Shown in pieces: positions 1 to 13,100 of a stretch of 64,000 bases of DNA (its first letter is position 1; each line of letters opens with the position of its first letter). A model generated the notes under the pieces. That model saw only the letters and a program-made list of their open reading frames with translations, had not been told where the DNA came from and searched no databases. Source of the stretch: the human T2T-CHM13v2.0 reference genome, Homo sapiens. The DNA lies in the NCBI RefSeq assembly GCF_009914755.1, contig NC_060933.1; one strand, 5' to 3'. The position numbers and the translations under genes are program-made.

Positions 1-435
1 CTGTTATTATCGCTCCATGTCAGGAAGAGTGTGTAGACAGAATATTGACTTGACAGCATTAATAGCTAAAATATGCAGCATTGTATTAAGAGAGAAAGTG
101 GTTTAGCACAAAACTCACAGGGTTGGAGGAGAGTTTAGGAGTTCATTGTGCCAGAACATGAGGCAAGGCCATTCTTAAGCTGCCTTAGAGAGAAAGAGTA
201 ATGTTGTTTGGGATGGTTAAATTCTCCCTGGGAAAACCACTCTAGCGAAGAAATGACTTAACTGGAATTAGGCTACAGGGAGGCTGCCCTGGGAAATAAA
301 AGCAATGTCTGTAAAAGAGAACAAATTTTCCATGTGATTAAAATATATAAAGAGATCTACTAAAGAGGGAATTTAGAGATCTAGAAGACTATTCACAAGA
401 AATTTGGGATGAAACTGAAATGATTAAACCACAGC

Positions 436-610
436 ATCATAGAATGTTAAGGTGTAAGGAACTCTAGAGGTGATAGGATTCAACTTCATTTTGTAAATGA
501 AGACCCACAGAGTTGTGTAAAAAAATGGATACCCTCAGAGGTTAAGTGGTTGGCCTAAGGTCAAATTGTGAAATATTGGCTGAGCTGCAACAAGAATCCA
601 TTTCTGCCCC
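436..610 (-). mobile_element. MIR/MIR3-like SINE relic
   Basis: Degenerate reverse-complement MIR core (CATTTTGTAAATGAAGA...GAGGTTAAGTGGTTGGCCTAAGGTCA), preceded by a MIR3-like 3' end (CATAGAATG...CTCTAGAG). Confidence 0.55.
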
Positions 611-691
611 AAAATATCTTTACATAACAGCTGTTAAACACAGAGAGATCAAGTTCATTTGAGATCGAAACACATTTATATTGACTTTTTT

Positions 692-1000
692 TGTATCAGT
701 CAGGGTCCAATTAGAGAAGCTGAAACCATGCTAGACATTTCAGAGAGTAGATTTAATACAAAGAATGGATTGTACGACTGGAATACTGAAAGAGCAAAAT
801 GAGGCTGCTGGAGTAGCCAGATATTAGAAACTTCAGCATGCAGTTACCACCCCTGGAATTGAGGGAACAAAAGAGATGGAATGGGATGTTCAAAACTCAG
901 GAGCTTGCCGGAAGGACCCCTCTGTCTCCCCACATCAGGATTACAGGGCAAAGTACAGAACTCTGGGCTTAGGTCTCTGTCTACTAAATATATTATTCTG
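692..1000. mobile_element. Ancient LTR-like fragment (ERVL-class, subfamily unassigned)
   Basis: Begins TGTATCAGTCAGGGTCC, resembling ERVL-class LTR termini. The far boundary is unclear. Confidence 0.35.
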
Positions 1001-1451
1001 GAAATGCAAAGAATAATAAGCTAGAGGAAAAGCTAGCAGGGAAGATTTCACACTTACTCTGGGAACCTGAAGAAGGGGCTTCTCAGAATAACATTGTTAA
1101 GACCTGCTTCAGACGGTGAGCCTCAAGTCCTCCAAGCCCACCATGAGATCTTGCACCCTGGGCACGACCTTAACCACAAGCAACAGGCAGTGCAACACTT
1201 GAAATTACCCTGCTGCAGGGCAAACAAAGGAAAGAAATGTCTGCCTCCTGTTCATAGGGCTGATGCTGTAGTCACGGGGAAGGCTGCCTTTTCACACCTG
1301 TGCCCTCAACACCGTTACTCAGATTGGTTTAGCCACGCAAGGCAGGCTAGAGGAAATGAGAAAGTGTGTGGCTAGAGGAAGCCAGCTTCCTGCAGAAACT
1401 GACCTGACTGCCTAGAGATCTCATGCGCAGTGTTTAAGATGAACTGAGCTG

Positions 1452-1837
<386 letters not shown>

Positions 1838-2679
1838 CTAGGGACTCTGCCATAAACCTGGCTGGATGAATAGGGCCCTAAAGTACTATTAGAACTATAA
1901 TTAATCAATGATAAGTATTTTCTTGCACATTTTCTTCAATACCCTCTAACATTTCTAGGTCAGGTACTGTGATCTTTCCAGTTTACAGCCATATTCATGG
2001 TGCTTAGCACAGTGTCTGGCATATGGCAGACAACTCAGTAAATGCAAACAATTCTCCTACAGCATGGTATTTCCTAACCTGATCTGGATTTAATGCAATC
2101 TATGAATTAAGAAGTATGATTTGCTTTACATGGATCCCAGGCAGCTAGGCAAGGTTGCTGAGTGGGAGTAGAGCACAATGGTATTCAGCAGAATGGGGTG
2201 AGAAGAGCTGAAGTTTAGTTCATGCTCCACATGCCCGGCTGAGTGGTCTGGAAAAGGGCAGTGTTGCCCAGAGGAAGGGACACTTTTTTCTTGGCATAAA
2301 TGTGTGGTCAGCTTGCCATATTATGGCTGTGTCCGGAAGTGGCACTTTTTCTTATCCACATGGGGACGCTGTATAGTGTCCACATTATACAGCTATTTTG
2401 ATTGCAAACCAAGACCATGGCTTAGCTGTAGTTCAGACATCACAGGGCATATAGCTTCTTAGTTTGAGGAGCTGCTGCTCAGCTGTCACCATATGCTTCT
2501 GCTTAACTCTGGTGGCTTTGAATTGAGCTACCAGCAGAAGAAGCCAACGAAGTCAAGCTCAAAGGAGGTAGCAGAGAGAGGGGCACTTCAGTGTGTAAAA
2601 TAAAGGACAGGTAAGGAAGCATTTAGGCTTGTTTTTGTTCATTTTGATCAAACTTTGCATTATTTTTATAATCCCTTTC

Positions 2680-3070
2680 TTTTTTCAGCAAATGTTTACT
2701 GCAAGCTGTCTGAGGACCAGCTGCCGTTCTAGCACTGGGAATACAGTGTGAACAAGGCTGGGTTTATGGAGCTGATGTTCTTGTACGTGGAGCATGGGTA
2801 AAGGGGAGATGTGTAGAAAAATATAATTTCAAATGCAATAAGTGCTAAGAAAAAATATGAAAATTGATCTAATAAGTGACGGGGTGAGGGAGGTTAGTTG
2901 GGGAAGATCTCTTTGGATGGGTAGCACTTGAAGCAAGCCCCAGATAAAAGAAAGAAGCAATTTGGAAAAGGCAGAGGAAAGTGTAAGTGCAAAGGCCCCA
3001 AGGCAGGAATGAATTTTGTGGATTCAAAGAGCAGAAAGAGATCCAGAGTGGGTGTAGTCATAAGACAGGA
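2680..3070 (-). mobile_element. L2 LINE 3' fragment
   Basis: Reverse L2 3'-end motifs (TTCAGCAAATGTTTACTG...CTAGCACTGGGAATACAG; GGCAGAGGAAAG...TGCAAAGGCCCCAAGGCAGGAA). Confidence 0.65.
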
Positions 3071-3071
3071 G

Positions 3072-3760
<689 letters not shown>

Positions 3761-4544
3761 CTGAGGGATGGGAGAGATATGAAAGAGGGGCCTTGAAAGT
3801 CACAATAAGCGGTTCATAATTTTCAGAAGTTGTTTTCCTCACAGCACAATTATGGAACTCTAAAGCAAAACTGGTTGTGTTTATTGAATGAATGAGTTCT
3901 GTTTGTAGCAGAGTAATGTTGGCATTGGCTCCCAGATGTGTACCAGAACCCTGGCATGAGGCACTAGGAATAACGTCAGAGGGGTAGAAAGCCACATGAG
4001 GGCAATGTGGGGAGAACAAAACTTGATAAATTACATTTTGGTCCAAACAAAGGTGTAGGAAAACTAATCCAATTGCAGAAAGATGTCAAAATACAGGGAA
4101 AATGAATCAAACAGGCCTGGTGAAACTGTTTCAGAAGTGCAGTGTGGAACAGGCAGGGTGTTAAACAGCATAAGCATCACGTCCAAGAAACACCAAAGAA
4201 AGGCCTAAGACATGGAAGATGGGGCCAGAAAGAATTAGGCAGGAAATAGGTCCCAGGCAGACGGCAATGTCCTATAGTTGAGAACAGGGGGACTTCAGGT
4301 TTTCAACTAACTCAGCAAGAAGCTAACTCAGAGGTTTAGTATTTGGAAGGGGCAATCCTGAGTTCCACGTAAGTCCTTGGTACTTCAGCCGACTCATCCA
4401 TCAGGGACCACAGCAGGACAGTAACAAACTTCACTGGGGGGTGTTGGTGCCATCTTGTTCTGGTTGTAATCCTATACCAGCAACTGGCCTGCAGGATGTT
4501 GGGCTTTTTTTTTTTTTTCTTTTCCTTACTGCCAAATATCCTTT

Positions 4545-5000
4545 GAACCCTTTGTGTGGTAATAACATGTAGGCTTCCTTGGGAACCCACCACTCTCTCC
4601 CCAGTGCACACACTTTCAGTCCATCCCAGTTCCAGGGAATAAAGCAAGAATTAGTCACAGCCAGTGACAGTCATAGAGATTGCATCAGGGATGGCCATGT
4701 GGCCTACTCTGGGCTCTCAGACTTTACCTGGAACTACGAAGGGGGAACCACACTCTTTCTGCTGAGATTGTAACCTGGAGCTGTTTCTGACCCACTTTGC
4801 CAGCAGTTAGGAAGAAGCTGCCCAGAAAATAGGGGCAACGGAGAACAGAAAGATGAAACAAACTATCCTGGTAATAATATCATGTGAATACCTAGATCGA
4901 GCTATTCTTGAAGAGGAGACATGCTCAGGCTTTTTAGTTACAAAAGCCAACACATTCCCCTTTCTGACTCAAACCAGTTCAAATTCTTCCTCACAAGAGT
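4545..5000 (+). mobile_element. MaLR solo LTR (MLT1K/L-like)
   Basis: CAGGGATGGCCATGTGGCCT and AGTTACAAAAGCCAACACATTCCCCTTT resemble old MLT1 LTRs. Highly diverged. Confidence 0.5.
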
Positions 5001-5290
5001 CAGGTAAGTCATTTTACCTCTCTTGAGTCCTCTCTATGATCACCTTTAAAATGATGGCTCCCAAGGCTTTGTTCAACTTTGACCACATGAAGACTGAAGG
5101 TCTTTGACTATGAAACAAGGGCAAAAATGACTACTGTGGGATTGTTCCCAGCCTTCCTCATTACCCAGCCCTCCAAAGGGAGCACTGCAACTGCCAGCAC
5201 AGATTTCATCTCTCCTCTTTCCACCCCACTTCGAAAGAGGAAGAATTCCTCCCTGCTGGAGAAAGTCTGTCAACCTACATAGTAAAGATT

Positions 5291-5900
5291 AAAATCAACA
5301 TTTTTGATTCCACATGTGGTATTTGTTCTGCTGTGCCTGGCTTATACCTCCTATCATAATGTCCTCTAGGTTCATACGTGTTGTCACAAATGACAATATT
5401 TCCTTCTTTTTTTTATAGCTGAATAGTATTCCATTGTGTATCTATACCACATTTTATCTGTTGATCTGTTGATAGACACTTAGGTTGATTCCATATCTTG
5501 GCTATTGTGAACAGTGCTGCAATAATGTAGGTGTGCAAATATCTCTTTGACATACTGATTTCATTTTCTTTGGATATGTAATGGTTACCAGAGGCTGGGG
5601 AAAGTAGTGGGGAGGTGGATTGGGAGAGTTTGTCAACAGGTACAAAGTTACAGTTAGGAGGAATAATTTCTGGTGTTGCATTGCACATTAGGGTCACTGC
5701 AGTCAACAGTAATGTACTATATACTTCCAAATAGCTAGAAGAGAGAAATTTGAATGTTGTTACCACAAAGAAATCACGAGTGCACAAGGTAATGGATATG
5801 CTAATTACCCTGATTTGATCATTACACAATGAATATATGGATCAAAACATTACATCGTACCCCATAAATAGGTACTATTATTATGTGTCAGTGAGAAACA
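5291..5900. mobile_element. L1MA-type 3' end with 5' inversion (minus ~5291-5580, plus ~5581-5900)
   Basis: The minus part encodes an ORF2p C-terminal remnant ([16 protein letters not shown]). The plus part is the adjoining L1MA 3'UTR (ATGGTTACCAGAGGCTGGG...AATAGCTAGAAGAGAG...TACCCTGATTTGATCATTACACA). Confidence 0.8.
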
Positions 5901-6012
5901 AACAAAAAACAAAGAAATGGAGAGAATGGAAGAAGGCGATAGAAGCAGAACAGGCCTAAAAGTTGAGAGAGGTTTGGTAGGTGATGGTGAAGACAATGTA
6001 AAAGAACCGCTC

Positions 6013-6971
6013 CATGTGTCTTTATAGCAGCATGATTTATAGTCATTTGGGTATATACCCAGTAATGGGATGGCTGGGTCAAATGGTATTTCTAGTTCTA
6101 GATCCCTGAGGAATCGCCACACTGACTTCCACAATGGTTGAACTAGTTTACAGTCCCACCAACAGTGTAAAAGTGTTCCTATTTCTCCACATCCTCTCCA
6201 GCACCTGTTGTTTCCTGACTTTTTAATGATTGCCATTCTAACTGGTGTGAGATGATATCTCATAGTGGTTTTGATTTGCATTTCTCTGATGGCCAGTGAT
6301 GATGAGCATTTTTTCATGTGTTTTTTGGCTGCATAAATGTCTTCTTTTGAGAATTGTCTGTTCATGTCCTTTGCCCACTTTTTGATGGGGTTGTTTGTTT
6401 TATTCTTGTAAATTTGTTTGAGTTCATTGTAGATTCTGGATATTAGCCCTTTGTCAGATGAGTAGGTTGCGAAAATTGCACACGTATGTTTATTGCGGCA
6501 TTATTCACAATAGCAAAGACTTGGAACCAACCCAAATGTCCAACAATGATAGACTGGATTAAGAAAATGTGGCACATATACACCATGGAATACTATGCAG
6601 CCATAAAAAATGATGAGTTCATGTCCTTTGTAGGGACATGGATGAAACTGGAAACCATCATTCTCAGTAAACTATCGCAAGAACAAAAAACCAAACACCG
6701 CATATTCTCACTCGTAGGTGGGAATTGAACAATGAGATCACATGGACACAGGAAGGGGAATATCACACTCTGGGGACTGTGGTGGGGTGGGGGGAGGGGG
6801 GAGGGATAGCATTGGGAGATATACCTAATGCTAGATGACGAGTTAGTGGGTGCAGCGCACCAGCATGGCACATGTATACATATGTAACTAACCTGCACAA
6901 TGTGCACATGTACCCTAAAACTTAAAGTATAATAAAAAAAAAAAGAAAAGTTAAAAAAAAAAAAAAAAAAA
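6013..6971. mobile_element. Young L1 (L1PA2-type), 5'-truncated and 5'-inverted (minus 6013-6477, plus 6477-6971)
   Basis: Near-consensus ORF2p C-terminus in both pieces ([27 protein letters not shown]; [18 protein letters not shown]...LVGGN). 3'UTR has GAG (CTAGATGACGAGTTAG) and CTTAAAGTAT, so it is not Ta. Long poly(A). TSD AACCGCTCCA at 6005-6014 and 6972-6981. Confidence 0.95.
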
Positions 6972-7930
6972 AACCGCTCCAGGGCGTGCCGGAAGTCGAC
7001 AGAAGCCAGGGCTGCCTGCATGAGCTCCTGTGAATCCCCATGTGGCTTTTTCAGACTGCAAGTCAAGGATTTGGCTGACTTGTATAGGACTGTTGCCTTG
7101 ACCATGAGTGCTGTGGACGGCTGAGCCCTCGGGGGCTGAGTTTTGAGTTATGGCTGCTGCATCGAGATATCTTACGGACCATCGCATCCCTCAGAGACTG
7201 TGAGGGGCTCCCTCCAGGAGGGTCGCTCTGAGTCCTAAGAACCACTGCAGTTGGCACCAGGCAGAAAAGGAAGGGCCCCTGCTCCTCGGAGCAGCCAAGT
7301 CTGAGGAATGGCAATGAATGAACTCTTGGGAGATTATTCTTAAGTTTCCCAGCTGTGATAAGGGCTAAAAAAAATCAATTGATGGATGAGTGGTTACACC
7401 AGCTCTGTGGTTAAGCATTTGTAGTGGCACTTGCCTAGTTGTTCGGCCATTTCAACAAATAAATTGGATTGAATGCTTGGCAGTTGATCAATGGCTCTGT
7501 GCTCAGCCCTTGCCATGCACACAATACCTGAAATACGGTGGTCTCCAATGCCTTTGCTGCAGGCCCTGCCAGAGCTTCTTTGACTATTGATTCCCCTCAC
7601 AAAGTTTGTAAGCAATAACATTGCATTACTAAGAAATCACATGCAAAATGCATTATTCAGATTTTACAGGTATTTAGAAGATTCATACATTTGTAAAAAC
7701 TAAATTAAGGAACCATTAAAAACAGAGTATTTCACTTTTAAAGAAATCATTTATTATAAGTCTTCTGAGATCACATCCTCAATTGCATTCTTTTCTTCTG
7801 AAAACCCTCCATGGACTTACATGGGCTTTCTTTTTTCTTGTATAGGTGAGAGGCAGGAAAATCTACAACTAACATCAGATTCCAGAAAGAGTAAAGAAAC
7901 CCAAAGAGATGAAAAACTATTGCTTTGTGC

Positions 7931-8388
7931 CAGGGGTCTGTGAATTTAGATGGAAAAAGTAAATCTTTATTTCTACTAACCTCTAACTGAACTTTAGCAT
8001 TTCTTTTCTTTGTGAATGTAGGCTGCAAAGCACATAATTAATTGTAGTGCCTATGATTTTGCTATCGGTAGAAATTAAAGATGTTTTCCAATTGCACTGC
8101 AGGTATGGCAGACATCTCAAAAGATCAAATGTGTTAAGTACTACTTCAAAATTATGAGAGTTCTTAGACCTGCCACTAGATTTAGGATTCTAATACATTA
8201 ATAAAGAAGCACATGTATTATTTATTACATACCCTAATTTTTTAATATTTATTTTGACGACTGCTATTAAACAATTTTTTGTATTTTTTATGTAATTAAA
8301 AACATTAATCTACATAAGCATTCACGGAATTCATCCTATTGCTAAAAAGTTACATGCCACATACGCAAAAAAGTTTGAGACCCCCAGA
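7931..8388. mobile_element. hAT-Charlie-like DNA transposon remnant
   Basis: Starts CAGGGGTC and ends AAAAAGTTTGAGACCCCCAG (TIR-like), with an AT-rich interior. Family not certain. Confidence 0.4.
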
Positions 8389-8753
8389 TCTAGACACCTG
8401 CATGTACTCAACACTATCCAGGCCAGGTCAGCTCCTGGTGTGATGAGTTTGCCTCAAGCTTTCCAACCACAGCACTCTTGTTTCTTCCGTTTGTGGCCTG
8501 TGAAATGCCTTTTCCCAGCTGTTAAAATCTGTCCAAATTCTTCTCACTTGCAAGGACCATATCAAGGCAAGGCTTCTTCACATAGGAGCCTTTTTCTTCC
8601 CCCAAACAAAAGAGGCAATTGCTGCATCTTTTGCATCTCATTGCCACATGCTTGCATCTCTCCTGTGTTGCTCTTAAGTTAAAGGAGGCAACAGAGCCAA
8701 GCACAGGATGGTAAAGAACTCTCACACCAGCCAGTCTGTGTCTGAATCCTGTC

Positions 8754-9467
8754 TGTGTGAGTTTGCTGAGGCTGACATAACACAGATGGGTGGCTTCAAC
8801 AACAGAAACTTATTTCCTTGTTTTTATTTTTATTTTTTAGACGGAGTTTCCCTCTTGTCGCCCAGGCTGGAGTTCAATGGTGTGATCTCGGCTCACTGCA
8901 ACCTCCGCCTCCAGGGTTCAAGCGATTCTCCTGCTTCAGCCCCCGCACCCCCGCCTCAGTAGCTGGGACTACAGGTGTTCATCGCCATGCCCGGCTAATT
9001 TTTGTATTTTTAGTAGAGACGAGGTTTCACTAACTCGTGAACTCCTGACCAGGCTGGTCTCGATCTCCTGACCTCAGGTGATCCATGAGCCTCAGCCTCC
9101 CAAAGTTCTGCAATTACAGGTGTGAGCCACCACGTCCGGCCACTCATAATTCTGGAGTCTAGAAGGCCAATATCAAGGTGTCAGCAGGGTTGGTTTTTTT
9201 CTGAGGCCTCCCTGCTTGGCTTGTAGAAGGTCATCCTCTTTCTGTGTCTTCACATGTTCTTCTCTCTGTACCTATCTGTGTCCTAATTTCCTCTTGTTAT
9301 AAGGAGACCAGTCATTGGATTGGGGCCCATGTTAATGACCTCATTTTAATTTAATTACCTCTTTAAAGATTCAATATCCAAATAGAGTCATTTTCCAAGG
9401 TCCTGGGATTAGGACTTCGGCATATGGATACAGAGAGAGGAGGAAGGACACAACTGAGCCCATAACA
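8754..9467 (-). mobile_element. MLT1B solo LTR (interrupted by an Alu)
   Basis: Reverse MLT1B motifs (ATCAAGGTGTCAGCAGGGTTGG, TGTGTCCTAATTTCCTC, GCCCATAACA). Perfect 5-bp TSD CTGTC at 8749-8753 and 9468-9472. Confidence 0.85.
8818..9141 (-). mobile_element. AluSq-like with two small internal insertions
   Basis: Dimeric Alu (GAGTTTCCCTCTTGTCGCCCAGG). No clear TSD. Confidence 0.9.
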
Positions 9468-9494
9468 CTGTCCATACCACCATCCGGGTATTTC

Positions 9495-9645
9495 ATCTTG
9501 GGAAGAGTTCTTAACATCTCTGTTAGCCTTGGTTACCTTATCCCTAAAATGAGGATGGTAATGAAACTTGCTTCACATGGCTGTTATAGAAATTAAATGA
9601 GTTATTTCACATAAAGCACCAGAAACAGACCCTGGAACATAGATG
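9495..9645 (+). mobile_element. MIR
   Basis: CTTAACATCTCTG...CCTAAAATGAGGATGGTAATG...ATTAAATGAGTTA matches the MIR core and 3' region. Confidence 0.65.
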
Positions 9646-9759
9646 ATGATACCAAGAAAGACAACAATCACCACAGCCTGGTGCATTTGCCTGATCCCCA
9701 CTATCACGTGGAAGGCTTCCTCGAGGGCAGAGATGGCATCATATCCATCTCTTTCTTCT

Positions 9760-10048
9760 TTTTTTTTGTGAGATGGAGTCTTGCACTGTCACCCGGGCTG
9801 GAGTGCAGTGGCACAGTCTTGGCTCACTGCAAGGTCTGCCTCCTGGGTTCAAGCAATTCTCCTGCTTCAGCCTCCCCAGTAGCTGGAACTACAGGTGCTC
9901 AGCACCACACCTGGCTAATTTTTGTATTTTTAGTAGAGACGGGGCTTCCCCATGTTGGCCAGGCTGGTCTTGAACTCCTGATCTCATGTCTGCCCACCTC
10001 AGCCTCCCAAAGTGCTGGGATTATAGGCATGAGCCACCACGCCCAGCC
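9760..10048 (-). mobile_element. AluS
   Basis: Dimeric Alu. TSD TCTTTCTTCT at 9750-9759 and 10049-10058. Confidence 0.92.
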
Positions 10049-11931
10049 TCTTTCTTCTGTTTTTCCTAAGACAGTGCTTCAACATGATAAATATATTTAA
10101 ACTCAATGCTTAATCTTTTTTTATAAATGCTAAATTGGTTGGAAGCTATCCTGAGAGGAAAACATAAGTTGTATATAACTCTATTAAAAAAACAAAACCC
10201 ACATTTTTTTCCTTGCCCCTTTTGAAAATGCCAAGGCCAGTGTACTCAGCCTAACCAAGTATGCAATAGCACTTAAACTCCACAAGGAATTTCTTTTTTT
10301 TTTTCTGACAGGAATCACTAGGAGTTAGAAGAGAAGTCCTCAATAAGCATTGTTTCTGTAATACATTTAAACAAGGGATGTTATCCAAATTTTGTAATAT
10401 AAATAAAAGGAAAATTCTCTGGTCACTGAGGATATCACCACAGTGAACCCGTTTCCAATTTCATCCTATGAAACTTAAATAAGTAGCCTACTTTTGGGAT
10501 ACAGATGATATTATACAATGTACAAAATGCTGGGAGAATTCAATGTAAAAACCACTTAGTTCAATTTCTACTCTATTGTTTTAAATCAAATACATATATG
10601 CTTACAAGGCCAGCCCATGCTTAATGGAAACTTTGGAAAGACATTTTGTTTCACAAAAATTTAAATTGATAGGCTGCCATGGAATTAGCTTTATTTTGTG
10701 AGATTGCCTTATAATTATTAGGAGTTGGCTCTACATAGCTGCTTCAAATGAAGCTGAGTTCTGTGCAAATAATTTTCTTAATGTTTGCATAGCATAGTTA
10801 TTTAAAAAAAAGAAAAAGAAAACAGAAAGCACACACAACAGAAACAAAAAGACCTTAAGATGGTTAAATGTAGTTTATTTCATGCTCTTATTTTAATGGT
10901 GCTTTTGGCTCAAAGCCTTTTATTACTACATTTTATTTCTCCCTTTATATTTGATCCCACTTTCTCCTATCATAAAATGCTCTAAGCATGATTGGATTCA
11001 GAATTAGGCTGGCTTATGGCACAGCAACATCTGTGACCCCTCTCTTTATGAGCAGAGAGAGAAAAACAAGGCACGTAGAAGGAAAACAGTCCCTGTTCTC
11101 TCTGTGGGAAAGAGCTCTGGAAAGCTAGTTTAAAAGAAGGATTCTTCTGGATGGTTTTTTCTAGAATACATCTTCTGCCCCAATCCTACTCTGTTTCCTC
11201 CACTGTCTAAAGACATCTTGTTTTCAAAGTGTGAAATAAAATACTCTTGGGACATTTCCCTTTCAACGCTAGCATGTAAGTTTGACAGAATTGAGAAGAC
11301 CAGGGGGTCTATCACAGCCTCCCAGTGAAACTCAGCAGAAGTCTTGGTGGTTGAGTCAGGACATGAGTGGCGGTGCAGCAGGTCCCTAGGCAGGGAACCA
11401 ACAGGACTTAGAGGGCCTCCCACTAGCTTAATTTCTGAATCCACGTTTTTCAGAGTTCTTTGTCTTGTCTTCATTGGAATGACTGTCATCTTTTGAGCAA
11501 CGTTCAAACTTCTCTGCTACCTTCTTGCAAGTTTTATAAGCTGCTCAAATATACATAACAAATGAGAGTGCCTGTGTCCCTTCCAACCCATAATTCCATG
11601 CTGTTGGGAAGAAGTAAGGATATGGTAGGCAGTCTCTAATACAGCCTCCAATAATTCCTACTTCCTGATTTTCACATCTTTGGGTAATCTCCTCCCTTTG
11701 TGTGAAAGCTGGACACACTGACTTGTGATTAGAATGTGGCAGAAGTATTGGGGTGCGGGATATCACTTCCAAGTTTAGGTTGTAAGAAGACTGGTTTCCA
11801 TGCTGGGTGTGTGCCCTCTCTTATCTTTTCATGGATGGCCCTTCCAGAATAGGCTAACTGCCATGTCAGGAAATATTCCTGGGAAGAGACACACATGGCA
11901 AGTGCCCAAAGCCAACAACCATGTGCCAGAT

Positions 11932-13036
11932 TCTATGAGTCAGGGTTCTCCAGAGAAACTGAATCAATAGAGTATATACACAGATTTATGATAAGCAATT
12001 GGCTTATGCAGCTATGGAAGCTGAGAAGTCCGAAGATCTGCAGTAGGCCAGCTAGAGATCCAGGAACCAGGAGAGCCAGAAGTATAGTTCCAGTCCAAGT
12101 CTTAAGGCTTAAGACCCAGGACAGCCAATTGTGTAGTTCCAGCCCAAGTCCTAAGGCCTGAGACCCAGGAGAGCCAATGGTGTAGTTCTAGTCTGAAAGC
12201 CAGCAGGTTCAAAACCCAAGAATAGTCAGTATTTCAATTCAAATCTGAAGGCAGGAAAAAATATGATGTCCCAGCTCAAGGTAGTCAGGCAGGAGGAGTT
12301 CTGCCTTAATTGCAAGAGGGACAGCCGTTTTGTTCTCTTCAGCCTTCCCGCTTGTTTTTGTCAGTTCTCACACTGCTATCAAGAACTGCCTGAGACTGAG
12401 TAATTTAAAAGGAAAGAATTGGAGTGTGGGATATCACTTCCAAGTTTAGGTTGTAAGAAGACTGGTTTCCATACTGGGTGTGTGCTCTCTCTTATCTTTT
12501 CATGGATGGGCCTTCCAGAATAGGCTGAGACTGAGTAATTTAAAAGGAAAGAGGTTTAATTGACTCACAGTTCCACAGGGCTGAGGAGGCCTCAGGAAAC
12601 TTACAATCATGATGGAAGGGGAAGCAAACACGCCCTCTTCACATGGTGGCAAGAAGAAGTGCTGAGTAAAAGGGGAAAAAGCCCCTTATAAAACCATCAG
12701 ATCCCGTGAGAACTCATTATCACAAGAGCAACATGAAGGTAACCGCCCCCATGATTCAATTATCTCCCACTGTTTCCCTCCCATGACACATGGGGATTCT
12801 GGGAACTATTATACAATTCATGATGAGAGTTAGGTGAGGATACAGCCAAACCATGTCACCACTGATGGGATGAGAGCCATCTGTGATAGACAGTGCAATC
12901 TGCTTTCCTCAGTCTACTGATTCCAATGTTAATCTCAGCCCAAAATACCCTCACAGAAACATCCAGAATAATGTTTGACCACATGTCTGCGTACTCCATG
13001 CTCTGGCCAAGTTGACCCATAAAATTAACTATCACA
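11932..13036 (-). mobile_element. MLT2B-like ERVL solo LTR, split by THE1D
   Basis: AGTCAGGGTTCTCCAGAGAAACTGAATCAATAG at the start, internal ~49-bp repeats at ~12068-12193, and end AAGTTGACCCATAAAATTAACTATCACA. Confidence 0.85.
12353..12858 (-). mobile_element. THE1D-like MaLR solo LTR carrying a templated insertion
   Basis: GAGGTTTAATTGACTCACAG, CTCAGGAAACTTACAATCATG, GCCCCTTATAAAACCATCAGATC, end CAGCCAAACCATGTCA. TSD CCGCT/CCACT. Confidence 0.88.
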
Positions 13037-13100
13037 TAGACCTTTGAGATGACTAGAGTCCTGGTTGACGGCTTAACTGTAACCTCATGAGAGACCTTGA

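Noticed and set aside
2333-2341. CCGGAAGTG ETS consensus site
   Set aside because: An isolated motif without CpG enrichment or other promoter features.
5850-7105. 170-171-aa ORFs around the young L1
   Set aside because: These are L1 ORF2p C-terminal remnants or antisense L1 frames running into flanking DNA, not host genes.
11130-11507. 125-aa minus-strand ORF, the longest outside recognisable repeats
   Set aside because: Non-ATG start, no recognisable domain and no supporting exon structure. The length is compatible with chance in 64 kb.
12068-12193. ~49-bp tandem repeats
   Set aside because: They appear to be the internal repeat structure of the MLT2B-type LTR.
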